Assembly: GCA_964252035.1 (NCBI GenBank)
Contig: OZ176208.1
Strand: one strand, 5' to 3'
DNA from: Podarcis erhardii
Lineage: Eukaryota
Length of the DNA stretch: 64,000 bases
Of this stretch, positions 11,736 through 24,324 are shown piece after piece; the first letter of the stretch is position 1; every line of letters starts with the position of its first letter. Both the position numbers and the translations under genes were made by a program. The notes beneath the pieces are model-generated. The model ran no database searches and was not told the origin of the DNA. It worked only from the letters and a program-made list of their open reading frames with translations.

Positions 11736-14700
11736 TATGTTGGAAGATATGAGATATTGGACCACAGGATTGTCACTATCTTATTTTTGCTGTATTGATA
11801 AAAGTCAACCAGTAAGGTCACTCAACGAAAAGCTGCAGTAATTACTATTTTTCTGATATATATCTATTTTTATATCTATAGATATCTAGATTTCCATAGT
11901 TCATAGGAACTCATTACCATTGTCATTGCTTCTGGATGCTTAGTTCCACACAAAATAAGCAGGCATGTTAGCAAGTAAGCATTGTTTCCTATTAAAGTGT
12001 GTATTTTCATTATGGCTGTTGCTATAGCACTTTCAGTAGGTGCTATACATAAATACAGAAAGCAGGCTTTGCCTCCAACACCTTGTTCCTTGTATGGATT
12101 TGCCAGAATTACTATTTCATTTCCCCCCTCTCTTTTCAAGATAATATGAGTACCAGCTTTAAACAAGCTTTAATTATCCTTTGTGGAATGTAGATCTTCA
12201 CCGTAATTTAAGACTACAATCAAGGCTGAAGATGATTATTAGCTCTCCAGTGGCACTCGGTGAATATGTTCTTTTCGAAGCCTTCCCATTTGCAAACTAA
12301 TGTGGTTTCTGGTTTGATGTCCAATCCCACAAGCAAAGACCTTGCTTATTAGTTTCGCCTGAATGTGAGGTAACATACCAAAGCTGAACAACACAGTTAG
12401 AGAGGTCAAATTGACACCACCGATTTGTCTTGGTGGATAGGAAGGATGAAATCTGCACATCTTTTTTAGGCTAAACAAAAATATGGACATTTCTTTGGTG
12501 CCATATCTAACAGTTGCTTGTCCATCTTTTGATGGAGGTGATTCTCTCTCACACAGAGAAGTCATGCACCCTCTGTTATACACAGAGATCAGGGCAGGTG
12601 TATGCAACCACCTGATTATAGGAACAATTCCCCCACTCACTCCAAGCCAAATACTTATTTAAGGTGATATTTGAAATCTCTTTTTTTAACCCTAGCCCAA
12701 ATATAGACTGTATACAATCCCTATATAACAAATGCAGGAATGTTTCCTGATGTGAGGGAAAATATCATTTTATTACCTCAAATCCTAATAGAACCAAAAA
12801 GCCACTAAATATTTGATAGTATAAAGGAACATTTTAAATTAACTGTGCTGAACTGGATAGCTTAATGTAAAACTCCAAGAGCATGAAAGTGAATTTATCA
12901 TTATGCATAAGGAAAGAGGTGACTTTTATTTTTAGCTAAGGTGGTGGCCTCATTTGATTTCCGATAGCCATGTTAGGAACTATGCTTGTGAGCATTGTGC
13001 TGCTGTTCATTTAAAAGACACACTATATGCAGTCTTTTAAGAAACATACCACATAGATTTGGTTATCATTGCCAGTCAGGTGCCTATGAGTGAAGAGCAA
13101 TCAAGCAGCCACTCAAGCACACAACTCTGCTTAATTCTACCACTAATCCCTTTTCAATAATCTTGAATAATTTCCTTTATTTATTCTGCACTGGGTGTCT
13201 GGAGACCTAAAGCTCTTCGAGCAGAGAGAAATTATACACACACCACTGACATTTTCAGCAGGAAGGAAGCACTTTATCTACATTCATCTTTTCTTCACAT
13301 CAACCTAAATTCTTTTCAACCTTTGCAGCTGGTACCTGTTTTCACCGAGATACAATATCAAGCTACTTTCTCCCCCTCCCTAGGGAATCAGATATGCATT
13401 ACAGTAAATGTGGTTCATAAGCTCTGGCAGAGTATCTAAAATGTTGAGAAAGCTCCCCAAATATATGATATGCTTCACATGTTTTCTCTCACTTTAAGGA
13501 TATCTCAAAATAAGTGCAAAAATTGTTGTGGATACCATATCACACCAGAGGAGCTGCCAGGGATGCTTTTCCCAATATGGGCTTTCATTTTCACATGCTC
13601 CATATGAATGCATGCAAAATACTCACAGGCACTCAAAATTTTCACTGCTGCATCCACAGCCCCCCCCCCTTCTTCTGCTTCTACCAGTATCCACAAACCT
13701 TACATGGCACAGCTAAAGGGGGGGGGGGACAGTGGTGGCAAAAGCAGCAGTAGCCATTCTCTGTCCATGCCATTTCATCCATTCCTGTGGAAGGAGACTT
13801 GAACTGTACATCTCAGCATCCATAATGTGTCATGTATTTGGGGGTGGGTGGGTGCAAGAAGTAGGTCCTTCTCTGTGTTGGCCCCTTACTTATGGACTGT
13901 GATCCCATGGGAACTTAGGCAGCTTCACCCTCTGATCTCTTTTTTAAAAGATTAGAAGGCACATCTTTTTTGGCGTTTAAATGGGAATGCTGGGGCTGGT
14001 TTAAACCAGTTATATTGTTTGAATGTAATGGCTTTTTAAATTAACGGTTTGGAATATTGTTATGGATTGAGCACTATTTTTTGAATCAATTGTTCTAAAA
14101 AGCCATAAGTAAAATAAATAAAAGTAAATGTAGAATTTCCTTTTTAAAAAGCCCAAAAGCATTTGAAATATGGCAACCCTATCCAAACATATTTTTGCTG
14201 CAATGTGTTCACTATACAACACAGCACACATTTGCACAATCCACATGAGAAGCCTCTGTTTTTCACAGTAATATTTGAATTTGTCCAGGGGGACAGTGGT
14301 CTCTCCGAATATATTCTCATTTGTTTCTTAAAATTAGCCAAAATATTTCCTAAGGTTAAGAACAGCAGTGCCTTTTTCAAATATCTCCCCTACATCCCTG
14401 TGTGCCAGACAGATGCTGCTTTTAGTGCCATTTCCTTTTGAGAGCCTTGTTGGTGGTGGCCCCAGCAATGTAGAATTCCATTATCAGGGAAATTAGCCAT
14501 TACAATTCTTACACTGCAATGTTTAGATGATCAATAAAACATTTACTTTCATATGGTTTTCTGGGATTTAGAACTGTTATGTTTCTTTGTAGGAGCTGCT
14601 GCTAGTTTTTAACTCAAATTGTTTCTCATGTCATTTTAATTGCTTTTCAGTATAAGCTTGCCTTGTGACGAATAAGCAGCCTATATATATTTTTTTAAAA

Positions 14701-15844
14701 AACAGCACAGCAACCATAAATGACAAATTTATGCAGAAAGTAGCTATAAACCTGCAGTATACTTTTTTCAGGTCTCTAACTGTTTTTAATGGTGAAATGG
14801 TGCAGTATAAAATTCCTACCTGACTTTAGTGTAAGTTTTAAAGCATGAAATGTATCATTAATGAGCCATGTGCTAACAGCTGTAAAATATTCCAAGGTGT
14901 GCATTTGAAAATTATTGGTGCTCTTCTGGTGTGATTAATGCATCTAGATATAGCCAGCATTCAAGTATTGCTGCCTGCTAATCTTTCATATGTTGTGATT
15001 TATTGCTATATTTAAGAGAGATGTCTATGATTAAAGTTTTACAAACTCTACATTATGTGGGAAGGAGAGGAGGTAGAAAGTCTTATGTTCATTAGGATGT
15101 ACAATCCAGTGTATATCTGCATCTTCTTAGAGCAAGGATGGCAATGATGGTGCCCTCCTGCTATCTCTGGCCACTGTTCATTCTGGCTGGTGTTGATGGG
15201 ACTTGGAGTTCAATAACACCTGGAGGACAACATGTTGACTATTCTTGAATTAAACACTCCCATAATTTAGGTGGACATAACTTATAATCCACCATAGTTT
15301 ATTCAGTTGGCAAATGGTGCAGTTCCTTAGCAGAAGCTGTGCTTTCTGATAACACTGCATTTTTTTTAAAAAAAATAAAATAAAACCTCTGCTAGTAGCT
15401 ATTACATCCAAAGAATCCATTACTGTAAACAGTATGAAACCATCCAAGAGCCACATGGATAGCTGTGGATCACTGGCAGTTCCTCTCCTCATCTGGTTCA
15501 TTCATGGAATGTCTTTCTCAGATCAGCTGAAGTCATCGACAGGGAAAACAAAACAAAGACACCCACATAGAAGACCCCAAGTACATGTATGGATCTCGTC
15601 TTTTGAGTAATCTGGAGTAGAGTGTATGTATTTGGTGTAATGATAAGTTATTAAGGTGAGCAATACACACATATTCCAGTCATGCAGGGTATTCAACTAG
15701 TTGACCTTCTAACTCTATGGGTCCTTATTTTTGAGAGTCAGTTCTCACAAACTTACTAAATAATTGGGGCAGTAAGTTTCACGTGCTGTTAGCCAAAAGT
15801 GTACAAACAAACAAACAAACAAACAAGAAAGCCATTAGTGATAT

Positions 15845-16089
15845 TATTTCTTCTTTGGCGATCATTCGTAGCTGAGTAAGATTGTCTTCCATAAACATGG
15901 TTTTAACAATGAGTCTGTAAGTGACTGTGGAGGCCAATTCTGGATCCACAGATCCTTCCACAGTGGGGACATTGGTTTCTGGGCAGGAGTTGGTCACGGT
16001 GTGGATTTGCCAAGTGTGCCTTCCTCTTAGCACGTTTCTCCCTTGCGTCTTGAGTTTGAGTGTCTTCAAAGCCCATGACACCTTTGGTA
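15845..16089 (-). mobile_element. RTE-clade LINE 3' fragment (distinct from BovB)
   Basis: Translates to EDTQTQDAREKRAKRK...CPHCGRICGSRIGLHSHLQTH, a typical RTE ORF C-terminus, with a short AAG-type tail. Candidate TSD AGTGATAT (15837-15844 / 16090-16097). Confidence 0.8.
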
Positions 16090-16642
16090 AGTGATATGAA
16101 GCAGTGTACAAAGCACATAGCACAAAGAGCAGAGATGGGGAACTTGTGGGCCAAAGGTGTGAGACTACAACTTCCATGCTCCCAGTGCTCATGCTGGCTG
16201 GAGCTGATGTTGGAGTCCAGCAACAGCTGGAGGGCTGCCGGCTGCCCATACATGCCTTGCAGAGCAGGTTTGAGAAGCTAGGAACAGGTGTAAAGAACTG
16301 AGAATGGACATCCAGGAAAGTAAGCATATAGCATAGAAACAGAAAGTCATGAACCAGCAGTTGGTACAGGCTGCACAAATATTTTACGCTCTTGGTAGCA
16401 CTCAAGATGCATTAATAACCTGGCTTGATGTATCTGTGGCTCCCTCTTCTGGCCAGGAGGTACAAGGAGTGAGGAGTTGACTCCCAAAGTGGTTGTTTTA
16501 TCACTCATGGTGTCTTGCAGGAAGTAATGGAAACAATTTGTTGTTGTTGTTGTTTTAATGGTGCTATATAATTAAACAAGAACAATAACTAACCAATTGG
16601 TTAAAAAATATTGCGCTCATGGAAACATTAGTAGGAAAAGAA

Positions 16643-16700
16643 AACCTTTATGTTGGAAAGGGCATAACCTTTATGTTGGAAAGGGCATAACCTTTATGTT
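16643..16700 (+). repeat. 23-bp tandem repeat (2.5 units) abutting the CR1 5' end
   Basis: AACCTTTATGTTGGAAAGGGCAT twice, followed by AACCTTTATGTT. Confidence 0.9.
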
Positions 16701-17021
16701 ATGGTAGGGCAGCGGCTGAAGAAGGAGCAAAAAGGGTTTTCTCCTGTGTGTGTTTCTTGTGGCTGATTAGCTGCTCTCCCTGTGCAAAGGTCAGAGGGGG
16801 CAGGGTTTCTGTTGAGGTAGGTGATTAGCTGTGGGAGGAGCTTATCAGAGCTTGTAGGGCAGCGGCGCACGCAATTTGATCTATCTTTAGATTTAGGGGA
16901 GCTAGTCTCAAACGTTTGTGGGGGGAGACCTAGGGTTTTTTGGGGGGGAGTTACTTGTCCTGTCTGCACGCTTCTTATGATGGAGGACCACTGTAGCCAG
17001 CCCCAACGACATGTTCTCAAG

Positions 17022-18050
17022 ATGGAGAGTGAGGGAATAGCTGCAGTCGCCTGCGGTTCCTGCACAATGTTTGCCATCTTGCCAAAGGTTGCAGGCAGCT
17101 TTACCTGCAGCAATTGCATGTTGATTGCCCTCTTAAAAGACAAAGTCCAGCAACTGGAGGAACGTGTGGCTACGCTCCAAAGAATTAGAGAGCTGGAGCT
17201 CTTCTTGGAAGCAACAGAGCACACCGTCTCCACCAAGGAGGAGACAGGGGACTCCCCTGAGAAGGAGGCTAGTTCACCAACACAGGAGCCAGATATATGG
17301 AGAAACGTGACTCAAAGAAGTAGGAGGCCCAGGGTTCGCTCTGATTGTTTAGAAATACACAATTGCTTTGAGGTCCTCTCCCCTAGAATGGAAGACGAAG
17401 AGCAGACTCCATTTGAGGATCTCTCCCTCGTTACAGTCGATCAGGTATATGAAGATGAGCAGCAAAGTCAGTCCTCAGGGAATGTGCAGGCGACCTTGGA
17501 ACGGACAGATCACGGAAGAACCCCGACCAAACCGAAGAGGAGGCGTGTAGTGGTGATAGGGGATTCCCTACTGAGGGGAACAGAAGCAGTCATCTGTGGG
17601 CCTGACAAGATGTCTCGGGAAGTGTGCTGTCTCCCTGGGGCTAAGATCCAAGATGTAACTGAACGACTACAAGGAATCATAAAACCCACTGACAAATACC
17701 CCTTCCTCTTGGTTCATGTGGGAACCAATGACACTGCAAGCAATAGCCTCCAGAAGATCAAAAGAGACTATGAGGCTTTGGGCAGGAAATTGAAGCAATT
17801 AAATGCACAAATTGTCATCTCATCTGTCCTCCCAGTTGAACGACGTGGCCCAGGGAGAGAGAGAAAAATAGTGGAAGTGAACAGCTGGCTTCGTAAATGG
17901 TGTAAACAGGAACGGTTTGGATTCTTAGATCACGGACTGCAGTTTCTTGAAGATGGACTTCTGGCAAGCGATGGGCTGCACCTCACAACGGTTGGGAGGA
18001 ATGTTTTTGCCAAAAATCTCAGAAACCTCATAAGGAGGGCTTTAAACTGA
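17022..18050 (+). CDS. CR1 ORF1p: CX2CX14CX2C zinc finger, coiled coil, SGNH/GDSL esterase (342 aa)
   Basis: ATG in AAGATGG context gives [18 protein letters not shown], then a leucine-zipper-like [19 protein letters not shown] blocks GDS, PGA, GTND and DGLH are all present. The track ORF starts at an upstream GTG (16821) that is probably UTR. Confidence 0.92.
   Translation: MESEGIAAVACGSCTMFAILPKVAGSFTCSNCMLIALLKDKVQQLEERVATLQRIRELELFLEATEHTVSTKEETGDSPEKEASSPTQEPDIWRNVTQRSRRPRVRSDCLEIHNCFEVLSPRMEDEEQTPFEDLSLVTVDQVYEDEQQSQSSGNVQATLERTDHGRTPTKPKRRRVVVIGDSLLRGTEAVICGPDKMSREVCCLPGAKIQDVTERLQGIIKPTDKYPFLLVHVGTNDTASNSLQKIKRDYEALGRKLKQLNAQIVISSVLPVERRGPGRERKIVEVNSWLRKWCKQERFGFLDHGLQFLEDGLLASDGLHLTTVGRNVFAKNLRNLIRRALN
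18041..18047 (+). promoter_or_regulatory. Candidate -1 programmed ribosomal frameshift slippery heptamer (U UUA AAC)
   Basis: The ORF1 frame reads GCT TTA AAC TGA. The -1 frame reads TTT AAA CTG ACT AAT GTG and is continuous with ORF2. Function is inferred, not shown. Confidence 0.55.
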
Positions 18051-18055
18051 CTAAT

Positions 18056-20977
18056 GTGGGGGAGGAAGACAGTGCTCCTGAAGGTAGGAGTCTATCAATT
18101 GATGAACATGATCATCCAAATGTCATAGACCAAATGGAGCAAACAGCACGCAGACCTAGTGGTGGGAGGAAAAAATCCTTAAATAAGAGACATGGGGGAA
18201 TGATTAATGGACTTCAATGTCTGTACACTAATGCACAAAGCATGGGAAATAAACAAGATGAGCTTGAGCTCTTGGTACAGCAAACTAAATATGACATAAT
18301 AGGCATCACTGAAACCTGGTGGGATAAGTCCCATGACTGGAATGTAATAATGGAGGGTTACAATCTATTTCAGAGAAACAGACCAGACAAGAAAGGAGGA
18401 GGAGTGGCGTTATATGTCAGGGATGTGTATACCTGTGAAGAGATCCAAGATTTAGAACCTCAAAGCCAAAGTGAGAGCATTTGGGACAAAATTAAGGGAG
18501 AGATGAATAACAGGGACCTCATTGTGGGAGTTTACTATAGATCCCCAAGCCAAACGGAGGACATAGATGATGCCTTCCTGGAACAGATGGCCAAGCATGC
18601 AAAAGGAAGGGAGATAGTAGTAATGGGGGACTTCAATTACCCGGATATTTGCTGGATGTCAAACTCAGCCAAGAGCATAAGGTCAAACAGATTCCTCACT
18701 GGCCTTGCAGACAACTTCGTTGTCCAGAAAGTGGGAGAAGCAACAAGAGGAACAGCCATTTTAGATCTAGTCCTAACCAATGTTGATGACCTGGTTAGTG
18801 GGGTAGAAGTGGAAGGATCATTAGGCGCGAGTGATCATGCTCTTCTGAAGTTTACTATACAGCGGAAAGGAGCAGCCAAGCATACTAGGACTCAATTTCT
18901 TGACTTTAAGAAAGCCGACTTCATAAAACTTAGGGAAGTGCTGGGTGAGATCCCATGGACAGTAATACTAAAAGGAAAGGGAGTTCATGATGGCTGGGAG
19001 TTTGTTAAGAGGGAGATAGTAAAAGCACAACTTCAGACAATACCAATGAGACGGAAACATGGAAGGTGCCTAAAGAAGCCAGGGTGGCTATCTAATGAAC
19101 TTTTAACTGAGTTAAGATTAAAAAAGGATGTGTACAAAAAATGGAAAAGGGGGGAAACCACCAAAGAGGAATTCAAACAAATAGCCAGCATGTGTAGACA
19201 CAAAGTCAGAAAAGCTAAAGCACAGAATGAACTCAGGCTTGCTAGAGAGGTTAAAAGCAACAAAAAAGGCTTTTATGGGTATGTTCGTAGCAAAAGGAAG
19301 AACAAAGAAACAGTGGGGTCACTCAGAGGAGCAGATGGTGAAATGCAAACAGGGGACACAGAAAGGGCTGAACTCCTCAATGCCTTCTTTGCCTCAGTCT
19401 TCTCCGATAAAGAAAACAATGCCCGACCTGAAGAATTTGGAGCAAATGATTCAGCAGAGGAAACACAGCCCAGAATAACTAAGGAGATAGTACAAGAATA
19501 CTTGGCTAGTTTAGATGTATTCAAGTCTCCAGGGCCAGATGAACTGCATCCAAGAGTATTAAAAGAACTGGCAGATGTGATCTCAGAACCACTGGCAGTC
19601 ATCTTTGAGAATTCCTGGAGAACAGGCGAAGTCCCGGCAGACTGCAGGAGGGCAAATGTTGTCCCTATTTTCAAAAAGGGGAAAAGAGAGGACCCAAATA
19701 ATTACCGCCCAGTCAGTCTGACATCAATACCAGGGAAGATTCTGGAGCAGATCATTAAGCAAACAGTTTGTGAGCACCTAGAAAGGAATACTGTGATCAC
19801 CAATAGTCAGCATGGATTTCTGAAAAATAAGTCATGTCAGACTAACCTGATCTCGTTTTTTGACAGAATTACAAGCCTGGTAGATGAAGGGAACGCAGTG
19901 GATGTAGCCTACCTTGATTTCAGCAAGGCATTTGACAAGGTGCCCCATGATATTCTTGTAAAGAAGCTGGTAAAATGCGGTCTTGACTATGCTACCACTC
20001 AGTGGATTTGTAACTGGCTGACTGACCGAACCCAAAGGGTGCTCATCAATGGTTCCTCTTCATCCTGGAGAAGAGTGACTAGTGGGATGCCACAGGGTTC
20101 TGTCTTGGGCCCCGTCTTATTCAACATCTTTATCAACAACTTGGATGATGGACTCAAGGGCATCCTGATCAAATTTGCAGATGACACCAAACTGGGAGGG
20201 GTGGCTAACACCCCAGAGGACAGGATCACACTTCAAAACGACCTTGACAGATTAGAGAACTGGGCCAAAACAAACAAGATGAATTTTAATGGGGAGAAAT
20301 GTAAAGTATTGCACTTGGGCAAAAAAAATGAGAGGCACAAATACAAGATGGGTGACACCTGGCTTGAGAGCAGTACATGTGAAAAGGATCTAGGAGTCTT
20401 GGTTGACCACAAACTTGACATGAGCCAACAGTGTGACGCGGCAGCTAAAAAAGCCAATGCAATTCTGGGCTGCATCAATAGGAGTATTGCATCTAGATCA
20501 AGGGAAGTAATAGTGCCACTGTATTCTGCTCTGGTCAGACCTCACCTGGAGTACTGTGTCCAGTTCTGGGCACCACAGTTCAAGAAGGACACTGACAAAC
20601 TGGAACGTGTCCAGAGGAGGGCAACCAAAATGGTCAAAGGCCTGGAAACGATGCCTTATGAAGAACGGCTAAGGGAGCTGGGCATGTTTAGCCTGGAGAA
20701 GAGGAGGTTAAGGGGTGATATGATAGCCATGTTCAAATATATAAAAGGATGTCACATAGAGGAGGGAGAAAGGTTGTTTTCTGCTGCTCCAGAGAAGCGG
20801 ACACGGAGCAATGGTTCCAAACTACAAGAAAAAAGATTCCACCTAAACATTAGGAAGAACTTCCTGACAGTAAGAGCTGTTCGACAGTGGAATTTGCTGC
20901 CAAGGTGTGTGGTGGAGTCTCCTTCTTTGGGGGTCTTTAAGCAGAGGCTTGACAACCATATGTCAGGAGTGCTCTGA
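18056..20977 (+). CDS. CR1 ORF2p: APE endonuclease plus reverse transcriptase
   Basis: APE motifs YTNAQS, ITETWW, VYYRSP, MGDFN and SDH. RT motifs [22 protein letters not shown] and KFADD. Ends [12 protein letters not shown]. The frame is open from 17951, its first ATG is at 18134, and the true start is uncertain. Confidence 0.95.
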   Translation: MGEEDSAPEGRSLSIDEHDHPNVIDQMEQTARRPSGGRKKSLNKRHGGMINGLQCLYTNAQSMGNKQDELELLVQQTKYDIIGITETWWDKSHDWNVIMEGYNLFQRNRPDKKGGGVALYVRDVYTCEEIQDLEPQSQSESIWDKIKGEMNNRDLIVGVYYRSPSQTEDIDDAFLEQMAKHAKGREIVVMGDFNYPDICWMSNSAKSIRSNRFLTGLADNFVVQKVGEATRGTAILDLVLTNVDDLVSGVEVEGSLGASDHALLKFTIQRKGAAKHTRTQFLDFKKADFIKLREVLGEIPWTVILKGKGVHDGWEFVKREIVKAQLQTIPMRRKHGRCLKKPGWLSNELLTELRLKKDVYKKWKRGETTKEEFKQIASMCRHKVRKAKAQNELRLAREVKSNKKGFYGYVRSKRKNKETVGSLRGADGEMQTGDTERAELLNAFFASVFSDKENNARPEEFGANDSAEETQPRITKEIVQEYLASLDVFKSPGPDELHPRVLKELADVISEPLAVIFENSWRTGEVPADCRRANVVPIFKKGKREDPNNYRPVSLTSIPGKILEQIIKQTVCEHLERNTVITNSQHGFLKNKSCQTNLISFFDRITSLVDEGNAVDVAYLDFSKAFDKVPHDILVKKLVKCGLDYATTQWICNWLTDRTQRVLINGSSSSWRRVTSGMPQGSVLGPVLFNIFINNLDDGLKGILIKFADDTKLGGVANTPEDRITLQNDLDRLENWAKTNKMNFNGEKCKVLHLGKKNERHKYKMGDTWLESSTCEKDLGVLVDHKLDMSQQCDAAAKKANAILGCINRSIASRSREVIVPLYSALVRPHLEYCVQFWAPQFKKDTDKLERVQRRATKMVKGLETMPYEERLRELGMFSLEKRRLRGDMIAMFKYIKGCHIEEGERLFSAAPEKRTRSNGSKLQEKRFHLNIRKNFLTVRAVRQWNLLPRCVVESPSLGVFKQRLDNHMSGVL

Positions 20978-21944
20978 TGGTGTTTCCTGCTTGGCAGGGG
21001 GTTGGACTCGATGGCCCTTGTGGTCTCTTCCAACTCTATGATTCTATGATTCTATGATTCTAAGTTTGGAAAGTTTTGATTTCAGGTTTGTTTGTTTTTT
21101 AACTTCTATGGCATTCTCTCTCTCCCCCCACCCCCAAAGAAAAAGACCATTACATTTTGACAGAGCTGCAAAATACTTTAATATTTGCAGATGTGCTTTT
21201 CCGAAATGCTGCTGACACTTTTGATGTGGTTGCTTTAATAACGAAAAACAACAGTGCTGGTTGCAAAGCACGAGATGTAACTCTGATGGAGAGTAGAAGA
21301 AAAATGTTTTCATAAAAGAAGCAATCTTAAGGTAACAGCAGTGTCTAAGAACACTGTGACATAGTACATAAATCTTTACAACTCACTTCTTATATCTTAG
21401 GCAGGGAAAGGAAAACCCCATTAAAATCACAACTCTTGCTTAGTATGAAACTCTTCAAAAGGAAAGCTTGACTTTTGAACAGCACAACTATTTGTACCAT
21501 GTACTTCAAAGTTTTAATGTAAATTCTGATTCAGCATTGCATAAATTACTGGCATAAATAGATCAATGTCGGTTGCACGGTGCTTAAAAACAAAAAACAA
21601 AAAAAAGAGTGCTTTCAAAATTTAAAACAGACTCCTTAACCTTGCTTATTCTTTCATACAAAAATAAAATGGGTGATAAACAATGTTCTTGAGTGATTGC
21701 CAATGTGGCAGAAGCTCTGGGACTTCTCCTCCCACCCCCCACAATCCTCTGGAGCAGATGGAGAGGGCATGGGGGGGCTACCCAAGGAGGAAAGGAAAGG
21801 AAGGGGAAGTCCCACAGCATGATCAGAAATCTGCTTGGATTTTGATTTTGTGTTGTAGCCGTCTTCCACGTTTCACGAAACATGCTTCCCTCATAGATCA
21901 ATTGGATGTCACTCATAATTATTATTATTCAGCATTCTCTAAAG

Positions 21945-22080
21945 CAGGCGTAGGCAAACCCGTCCCTCCAGATGTTTTGAGATTACAATTCCCATCATTC
22001 CTGACCACTGGTCCTGTTAGCTAGGGATGATGGGAGTTGTAGTCCCAAAACATCTGGAGCGCCGAGTTTGCCTACGCCTG
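21945..22080. mobile_element. hAT (Charlie-like) palindromic MITE, 136 bp
   Basis: TIRs CAGGCGTAGGCAAAC / GTTTGCCTACGCCTG and 8-bp TSD CTCTAAAG / CTCTAAGG. Degenerate relatives lie near 15125-15240, 16126-16262, 30460-30580, 43915-44050, 49155-49280 and 56040-56115. Confidence 0.88.
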
Positions 22081-24324
22081 CTCTAAGGTGTGCTTTACGT
22101 AAGAAAAACATAGAAAAAGTATAGGTGAGTATTAACAAAAGGAAAATGGTACAGAAAAGGAGATGCAATTGTAGAAAGAATCCAAGAGTAGATACCCTAA
22201 AACCAAGGAAAGGATCTTCAGGAATGTTTTAAGTGTGAGAAGAGAGGAAGCAGTTGGGAGGGACTGATTTCCATATGGGATTCAGAGCCAATTCAGATGT
22301 GCAGGTGCTCACACACTGCAGTCATATCACATGAGTGTACTGCAAACAACATGCTGAGGAGTGCGTATCAAAATATCAACCACGTGTAAAGCTCACAGGG
22401 AATAAGAAAGATGAGAGCCTTATTGGAAACTTTCATTGTTGATGCATGGAAACTGCCCACAGGGCAGCTACGTCTCTCCCTACAATGTCCCTGGAAATGG
22501 AAATGGAACTACACACCTTATGCTATCATTTCCCAGGGGGCAAGTTGAGATATCATTTTCCATTATGTGGTGGCAGGCCAGCAGTGGCAGTTCAGCTGCC
22601 ATCTTGCAGAAAAGAAGAGGTTGAGGAAGAAGAAAGACCATCAATAACCTGCTGGCCACTTCATATTCTATTCAAAACATCCTCACCCCAGGCAGAGTTA
22701 TGCACCTATGAATCAGGTAAAATAATTGAAGGGGAATCGTTTTGGAGCAGGATTTGGGTGGGAGGAAAATATATTGGCTGGAAGTTATTTGAAGAGGAAT
22801 TAACACATTGGGGGTGAACTGGAGATGAGTGCAAATTGGGAGAGGTCAGTAAGGACAGGCAGTAACACACTTGGCAGTGGAGTTGGTACTGCTTACCAAG
22901 AGAGAGGGAGGGGTGCAGTGGTGTGGAGGTTTGTGCTGTGGGGGTGCATTGGTTGGCTCCTCACCACTGCCGCATCCCTCTCTTTCTTCCTCCTGATAGG
23001 TTGGTAGTGCCTCTGCTGCGAAGAGGCCACTGATAATGCACATTAATTAAAGAAATTACTCTGGATGATTGGGTGGGAAATCAGTTGCCTTCTGTGAAAT
23101 TGAAATTCTGATTTTGCATCTATATGTATAAATTAGCACAGGCAAAATTTATGTAAATATCTTGGGGGGGGGTATTTTTAGGGGGGTTGTGGTGTATCCT
23201 CTCATTTGGTGACACATAACTGGCCAGCCCATGCCCATACTTTTCAGGCACAAAAGCACCCTAATGAAGCCTTTGGTATCATGGTGCTAGCATACAGTGT
23301 ACAAATGTATCCTTTTGTTCCTGAGTTCCTTTTATACTGTTACCATATGGAGATCTTGACTGGAATAAAGGAAAATATTTGGCTTGATAGCTATTTAAAA
23401 GATCACAACCCTTCAAGTTGGAATGTAGCCTCAAAACAACTAGAGAGAGGATTACCTGACTTGCATACTATCTCAGACATACAGATTATTTACTAGTGAA
23501 GAATTAAGCTTTTGGCACTCTGTTAAGCTTGTGTTCTTCTGAGACAGTTTCCGGTTTTGATCAAAGTACCAGAAAGCCCTCGGTATACAGCTATGTATGC
23601 TAATGGCAACTCATTCCAAATAACAAACACACTAATCTTCCAAACAGATAGCAACTTTTTAAAAATAGTTCAGATTTATTTTCTCATAAAAGCTGCCAGA
23701 CTGCAGACAAGTTTTGGAGAGGATTGCAGAACATACATCTAAAATCTATTGTGATATTTTAGGCTGAAAGCTTCAATGCACTTATCTGGAATTCAGTCTT
23801 GTTGAACTCAACAGGGGCTTCGTGGTGAGTGGACATGGTGCTCAAATCACGTTGAGATCAGTGGAGTTGGAACAGCTTAATTTTGTGCAAAATTACAGCC
23901 TTAATCTTTGTACTGTAGCAAAATTAATGAGTTTGAAAACAGGGTAATGACCTTATTCATTGACCAAAAAACAAAACAAAAACCCACACCACCCACATGG
24001 AACAGCTTTGAACTCAACTACATTCAACATTAGATGGAGTTGGGTTGTTTTATATAGTAAATAGGGACAGACTGATTTCTTCCAGTATTTGAATCTCTGT
24101 GCCAATATTTACTGGTCTCGGCTACTGGAAATGGCAGGGCTTGGATTATTTTAAGAAGATATGCTGATAACTAGGGGAGAGGTATTAAAAGAAACTAGGA
24201 GCATGCCTACTCGGAGTGTGTACAGACCCAAAGACACACATATGCAGGTTCACTGTAAATTATATTCTTTTACTCCAGTTTTTCTGCTGGTGACTCATAG
24301 TCTGATCCAACCACTGTGGCTTAT

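Larger units (their letters stand above)
16701..21061 (+). mobile_element. Apparently full-length CR1 LINE with two open ORFs
   Basis: 5' UTR, ORF1 and ORF2 are present. The 3' end has the CR1 hairpin GTTGGA...TCCAAC and (ATTCTATG)n octamer repeats. No clear TSD, and the 5' boundary is approximate. Confidence 0.95.

Noticed and set aside
12141-12369. Strong acceptor (CCCCCCTCTCTTTTCAAG) and donor-like GAG|GTAACA enclosing 229 nt
   Set aside because: There are stops in all three frames and no recognisable peptide. A non-coding exon cannot be supported without RNA data.
15779-16405. 208-aa minus-strand ORF
   Set aside because: It is a chance read-through across an RTE fragment, a hAT MITE and an (AAAC)n repeat.
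2370-16700. Short direct repeats (TTCAGGTTA units in the MITEs, the 23-bp unit at 16643) as CRISPR-like arrays
   Set aside because: There are no unique spacers of constant length and no cas genes, and the context is a vertebrate genome.
16704-16866. 13-bp direct repeat GTAGGGCAGCGGC spaced 150 bp apart in the CR1 5' UTR
   Set aside because: The sequence between the copies is not repeated and it is too short for an LTR or monomer call. Significance cannot be judged without the family consensus.
16821-17021. 67-codon N-terminal extension of ORF1 from a GTG
   Set aside because: It lies in G/T-rich 5' UTR-like sequence. The ATG at 17022 has a good context and directly precedes the zinc finger.
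16694-21033. Antisense and alternate-frame ORFs over the CR1 (e.g. 16694-17236, 19273-19674, 20233-20478)
   Set aside because: They are shadows of the CR1 coding sequence with no independent motifs.
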